Assembly (NCBI GenBank): GCA_001793945.1
Contig: MGIW01000006.1
Span: 1,584-65,583 of the forward strand
Direction: 5' to 3'
Length of the DNA stretch: 64,000 nt
From: Candidatus Wolfebacteria bacterium RIFOXYD12_FULL_48_21
GTDB lineage: Bacteria; Patescibacteriota; Minisyncoccia; UBA6257; UBA9933
Part shown: in pieces, positions 63,516 to 64,000 of the stretch
Layout: each line of letters opens with the position of its first letter
Numbering within the stretch: the stretch's first letter is position 1
Notes under the pieces: model-generated
What the model saw: the letters and a program-made list of their open reading frames with translations, nothing else
Databases searched by the model: none
Told to the model about the DNA's origin: nothing
Translations under genes and position numbers: made by a program

Positions 63516-64000
63516 ATGCAATTACAACATCATCAAAAAAGAACAGGTAGGAGTGCATTTACGCTCATTGAAATGCTTATTTCGGCGTCGTTGTTCGTGG
63601 TCATCGGTACGACGACATACTTTGCGTTTCAAAATGTTCTTGAGGCCATTTCGCGCAGTCAGGTGCGGAGCGATGCCATAGCGCTTGTGAAAGGAGAAAT
63701 AGAAACGGTTCGCAACATGCCCTATGTTGATGTGGGTATTTTAGGCGGTTATCCGGCGGGGAAACTGTCGGCAAGCAAAGATCTTTCGTATGAAGGTAAT
63801 ACATTTGCATTGACCACTACGGTGCGCAATATCGACGATCCATTCGACGGAACGCTGGGCGGCTCGCCAAACGATACCGCTCCGGCCGATTACAAAATAG
63901 TGGAGTTCGAGATCGCATGCACCACATGCGGAACATTTGTGCCAATCGCCATGACCACGACCATTTCCGCGAAAGGGTTGGAAAGTGCGAGTACGAACGG
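63516..64000 (+). CDS. type IV (pseudo)pilin with prepilin N-terminal cleavage/methylation motif; 3' end beyond window
   Basis: MQLQHHQKRTGRSAFTLIEMLISASLFVVIG = class III signal (G|FTLIEM). Confidence 0.65.
   Translation, partial: MQLQHHQKRTGRSAFTLIEMLISASLFVVIGTTTYFAFQNVLEAISRSQVRSDAIALVKGEIETVRNMPYVDVGILGGYPAGKLSASKDLSYEGNTFALTTTVRNIDDPFDGTLGGSPNDTAPADYKIVEFEIACTTCGTFVPIAMTTTISAKGLESASTN

Noticed and set aside
1-64000. Possible CRISPR array given the many short repeats
   Set aside because: The repeats are modular palindromes and low-complexity tracts with variable spacing. There is no regular repeat-spacer periodicity, no unique spacers and no cas genes in the window.
1-64000. rRNA genes or IVS-containing 23S rRNA, given the three IVS-type four-helix-bundle genes
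   Set aside because: No 16S/23S/5S-like conserved stretches (for example GTGCCAGCAGCCGCGGTAA or GGATGCCTTGGC) are present in the window.

Overview
Nearly every base of this 64 kb window falls in a protein-coding or RNA gene, and the intergenic gaps are almost all filled with short dispersed repeats. Gene content and style (O-antigen-ligase/TPR fusion, short EF-Ts, a tRNA intron, type IV pilus genes, few metabolic genes) suggest an uncultivated small-genome bacterium; that lineage call is inference only.

Described content:
- About 325-24196 is a large cell-surface glycan locus. It holds a ThDP-dependent YerE-like enzyme, an E1/DdhC-like 3-dehydrase with the diagnostic Fe-S motif, an O-antigen-ligase/TPR fusion, two Wzx-like flippases, six GT2-type glycosyltransferases, a GT4 and a GT-B transferase, GT10 and GT11 fucosyltransferases, two methyltransferases and a WbaP-like initiating phosphotransferase.
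- A thiol-redox block follows (DsbA-like, SPW, NrdH-like, TrxB), then a secreted SBBP beta-propeller repeat protein with a cysteine-rich partner.
- Housekeeping genes: rpsB-tsf, tRNA-Tyr, an intron-containing tRNA-Thr(GGU), tRNA-Thr(UGU), rpmG, tRNA-Trp, an M3 peptidase, IscS-like cysteine desulfurase, ClpB, ParA/ParB, a pyrE-pyrF fusion, PolX, pgk, an NrnA-like DHH protein, RNase P RNA, MntH, an RRM protein and a pseudouridine synthase.
- The 3' end carries two GH130-like beta-propeller proteins, a cupin, a GIY-YIG protein and type IV pilus genes (pilB, pilC, pilin).
- Three four-helix-bundle (23S-IVS-type) genes and a HicB/HicA-like pair sit as small repeat-bounded cassettes.

Most interesting observation: three repeat families saturate the window and, in three places, sit inside functional genes. 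The families are (1) a modular palindromic GTCATTCC...GGAATGAC element with at least 18 copies, (2) GA-rich and (ATAACCRATRAC)n low-complexity repeats ending in RTGCGRGG, and (3) an AT-rich GTAATTTGAAATTTAGAATT element placed exactly at gene boundaries. Family 1 is inserted in frame in the cysteine desulfurase gene, family 2 is inserted in frame in pgk, and family 2 also sits inside RNase P RNA. This resembles the behaviour of Rickettsia palindromic elements.

No CRISPR array, rRNA, integrase or transposase was seen. All coordinates for non-ORF features were counted by hand and may be off by a few bases.
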